Origin: an uncultured delta proteobacterium
Lineage (GTDB): Bacteria > Myxococcota_A > Polyangia > Haliangiales > Haliangiaceae
Length of the DNA stretch: 64,000 nt
NCBI GenBank assembly: GCA_963848295.1
Contig: CAWKDB010000010.1
Span: forward strand, 4,224,001 to 4,288,000
Reading direction: 5' to 3'
Each line of letters opens with the position of its first letter. The stretch's first letter is position 1. This document shows, one piece after another, positions 61,719 through 64,000 of this stretch. The notes below the pieces were generated by a model. It saw only the letters and a list, made by a program, of their open reading frames with translations. It was not told the origin of the DNA and did no database searches. A program made the position numbers and the translations under genes.

Positions 61719-63626
61719 GTGCCCGACGATCCGGACACCGATCCGGCCGTCGCGGATACCCATGCGTCCGAGCCGGACTCGGCCTCGGGCTCGGGCTCGA
61801 CCACGAACAAGAAGCGGGCGGTCCATTCGGGCGACGTGCTCGGCAGGTACGAGCTCGGCGACGAAGTCGGCGAGGGCGGGATGGCGACGGTGTATCGCGC
61901 GCGCGATCGCGAGCTGCGCCGCGACGTCGCGATCAAGGTGTTGTTCCCGCACCTCGCGCGCCGCGACGAGATCGTGCGGCGGTTTCATCGCGAGGCGCGC
62001 GCCGCGGCCGGGCTCGACCACCCGAACATCTTGAGGATCTACGACGTCGGCGGCGCGCGACGACGAGCCGCCGTACATCGTGATGGAGCTGATCCGCGGG
62101 CGGTCGCTGCTCGGCGAGATCGAGCAGCGCGGCGCGGTGCTGACCGAGATCGTCGCGTGTCTCGGCGCGCTGCTCGCCGACGCGTTGACCGCCGCGCACG
62201 CGGCCGGGATCATCCACCGCGACATCAAGCCGGCGAACGTCCTGATCGCGTCCGGCGGCCGCGTGTTGCTCGCCGACTTCGGCGTCGCGCGGCTCGAGAC
62301 CGAGGAGACCTCGCTCGTGACCCGGACCGGAGCGCTGCTCGGCACCCCGGCGTACATGAGCCCGGAGCAGGCGACCGGCGACACCGCGACCTCGCGCAGC
62401 GATCTGTATTCGCTCGGCGCGACGCTGTATCAGCTCGCGACCGGCGCGTTGCCCTACGGCGGCACCGCGGCGAAGGTGCTGAGCGCAGATCGCGACCGGC
62501 GCGCTCGTCGCTCCGGTCCGGCGCAAGCCCGCGGTCGGCGCCGAGCTGTCGCGCGTGATCGAGCGGCTGATGGCGAGCGAGCCGAGCGCGCGGCCGGCAA
62601 AGCGCGGACGACGTGGCGAAGGAGCTGCGCGCGATCGCGACCGCGGGCGGGTTCGGCGATCCGACCGACGAGCTCGCCGCGTACTTCGCGGATCCCGACG
62701 CGTTCTTGCGCGAGCGCACGCCGACCGTCGTCGCCGCGACGGTGACCGCCGCGACAGCAGCGATCGCTGCCGGCAAGCTGCCGCGCGCGGTCGCGCTCGC
62801 GGATCGAGCGGCGGCGCTGGCTCCCGACGATCCTGCGGTCGCCGCGCTGGTCGAGCGCGTGACCGAAGGCGGGCGTTCGACGCGGCGGCGCAAAGCGCTC
62901 GCGATCGCGGTCGGCGCGGTGCTGGTCGCGGCCGCGGGCACCGCCGGCGTCGTGATGGTGCGCGGTGGATCTCAAGCAGCGGGCGATGCGACCCAGCTCG
63001 CACTCCTTCCCGCGCGTGATTCGGCGCCGCCTCCGACCGACAGCGAGCCGATCGACGTCTACGTGCCGGCGATCGACGCGGCGATCAGCGTCGACGCGAG
63101 CGCGCACGCGGCGCGCGATGCCGGCGCGGCGCGCCGCGATGCCAAGACCGTCGTCGCGATCGATGCCGCCGTAGCGGTCGCGCCGATCGATGCCGGCGCG
63201 GTCATCGCGGTCGATGCAGCAGCACCGGCGACTGCCGCGCTCGGCAGCGTGATCGTCACGAGCGACGCGTGGTGCGACCTCGCGATCGACGGCAAGCCCG
63301 CCGGGCGGCTCAAGCGCGGCGCGCCGTACGCCGTGCCGATCGGCCATCACAAGCTGACGTGCGGGCAGAATGGTCGCCCCGGGTGGATGCGCGAGGTCGA
63401 GGTCGGCGCCGGCCAGACCGCGCGGGTCGACGGCACGCTGTTCGGCATGATCGAGGTCACGTTCGGCATCGACGCCACGATCGACGGCGCCGCGCAACCC
63501 CGCGGCACGGTGCTGAAGCTCAAGCCCGGCCGCCACGAGCTCCAGATCGGCAACAATACCGCGTGGTCCGATATCCGGTTCCCCTGCACCGTGCGGTCGT
63601 CGCCGAACGTTGATTGTTACCGCTAG
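61719..63626 (+). CDS. Membrane Ser/Thr kinase with PEGA-like C-terminus (frameshifted)
   Basis: GEGGMATVY, VAIK, HRDIKPAN, DFG, GTPAYMSPEQ. Confidence 0.92.
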
Positions 63627-63751
63627 CGCCGGTTTCCGGGGGTTAGCGAAAGCCTGACAGCGGTGTCGTGATCTCGGCGCCACCCGGGGCACGACGACCG
63701 ATCATTCCGCCAGTTGCGCGTGGCAGGATGGTTGCAGAACTGCGCATCGTG

Positions 63752-64000
63752 ATGACTGGAGCTCGCCTCTCGCTGCTCGCTGCCGCCGCCTTGGCCGGCG
63801 CGCCGGGTTGTTTCTACGGCGAGACGATCAACCAGCGTCCGTCGGTCTTGATCGTTCCGGAGTCGGATGCAACGGTCTATCGCGGCTCACCGGTCGTGCT
63901 CGATTCGGTCTACTCCGATCCCGACGATTCTACGTACCAGGGCGCGTTCCAATGGCGGGTGTACGCGTGCACCGACGCGACCACGCCGGATGGCTGCGAT
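63752..64000 (+). CDS. Lipoprotein, partial (runs off window end)
   Basis: MTGARLSLLAAAALAGAPGCFYGETINQRP; open to window end. Confidence 0.6.
   Translation, partial: MTGARLSLLAAAALAGAPGCFYGETINQRPSVLIVPESDATVYRGSPVVLDSVYSDPDDSTYQGAFQWRVYACTDATTPDGCD

Noticed and set aside
1..64000. CRISPR array or cas genes
   Set aside because: No regularly spaced repeat-spacer series; the repeats seen are att/arm sites or in-frame coding repeats; the WYL gene has no cas neighbours

Overview
GC-rich bacterial DNA, most likely Myxococcota (inferred from Ser/Thr kinases, TPR/PEGA-like, RCC1 and Gly-rich lipoproteins), with many scattered frameshifts that look like long-read indel errors. The left 36.5 kb is an accessory zone built on the 3' end of a tRNA-Ala(GGC) at 36503-36578 (- strand). 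Copies of that tRNA end recur at 9888-9914 and 7910-7930. They delimit (i) a 26.6-kb tyrosine-integrase element and (ii) a ~2-kb integrase-less islet carrying only an AbiEi/AbiEii pair. The large element carries a divergent WYL regulator / unknown protein-Xis-Int module with a palindrome-dense control region, an unusual toxin + domain-HTH pair with a clear operator, and a fermentation/acid-stress cargo (phosphoketolase, acetate kinase, cytochrome c, ADH, SSADH, transhydrogenase, P-type H+-ATPase, PPK2, USP) sharing sigma54-like promoters. The right 27 kb looks chromosomal: ftsB, a diguanylate cyclase, kinases, phoH, rhlE, an M16 peptidase and many lipoproteins. It also holds an apparently circularly permuted esterase and a 45-aa lipoprotein with a tachyplesin-like Cys pattern. 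No CRISPR array or rRNA was seen. All family calls come from recognising motifs by eye; no database search was run.
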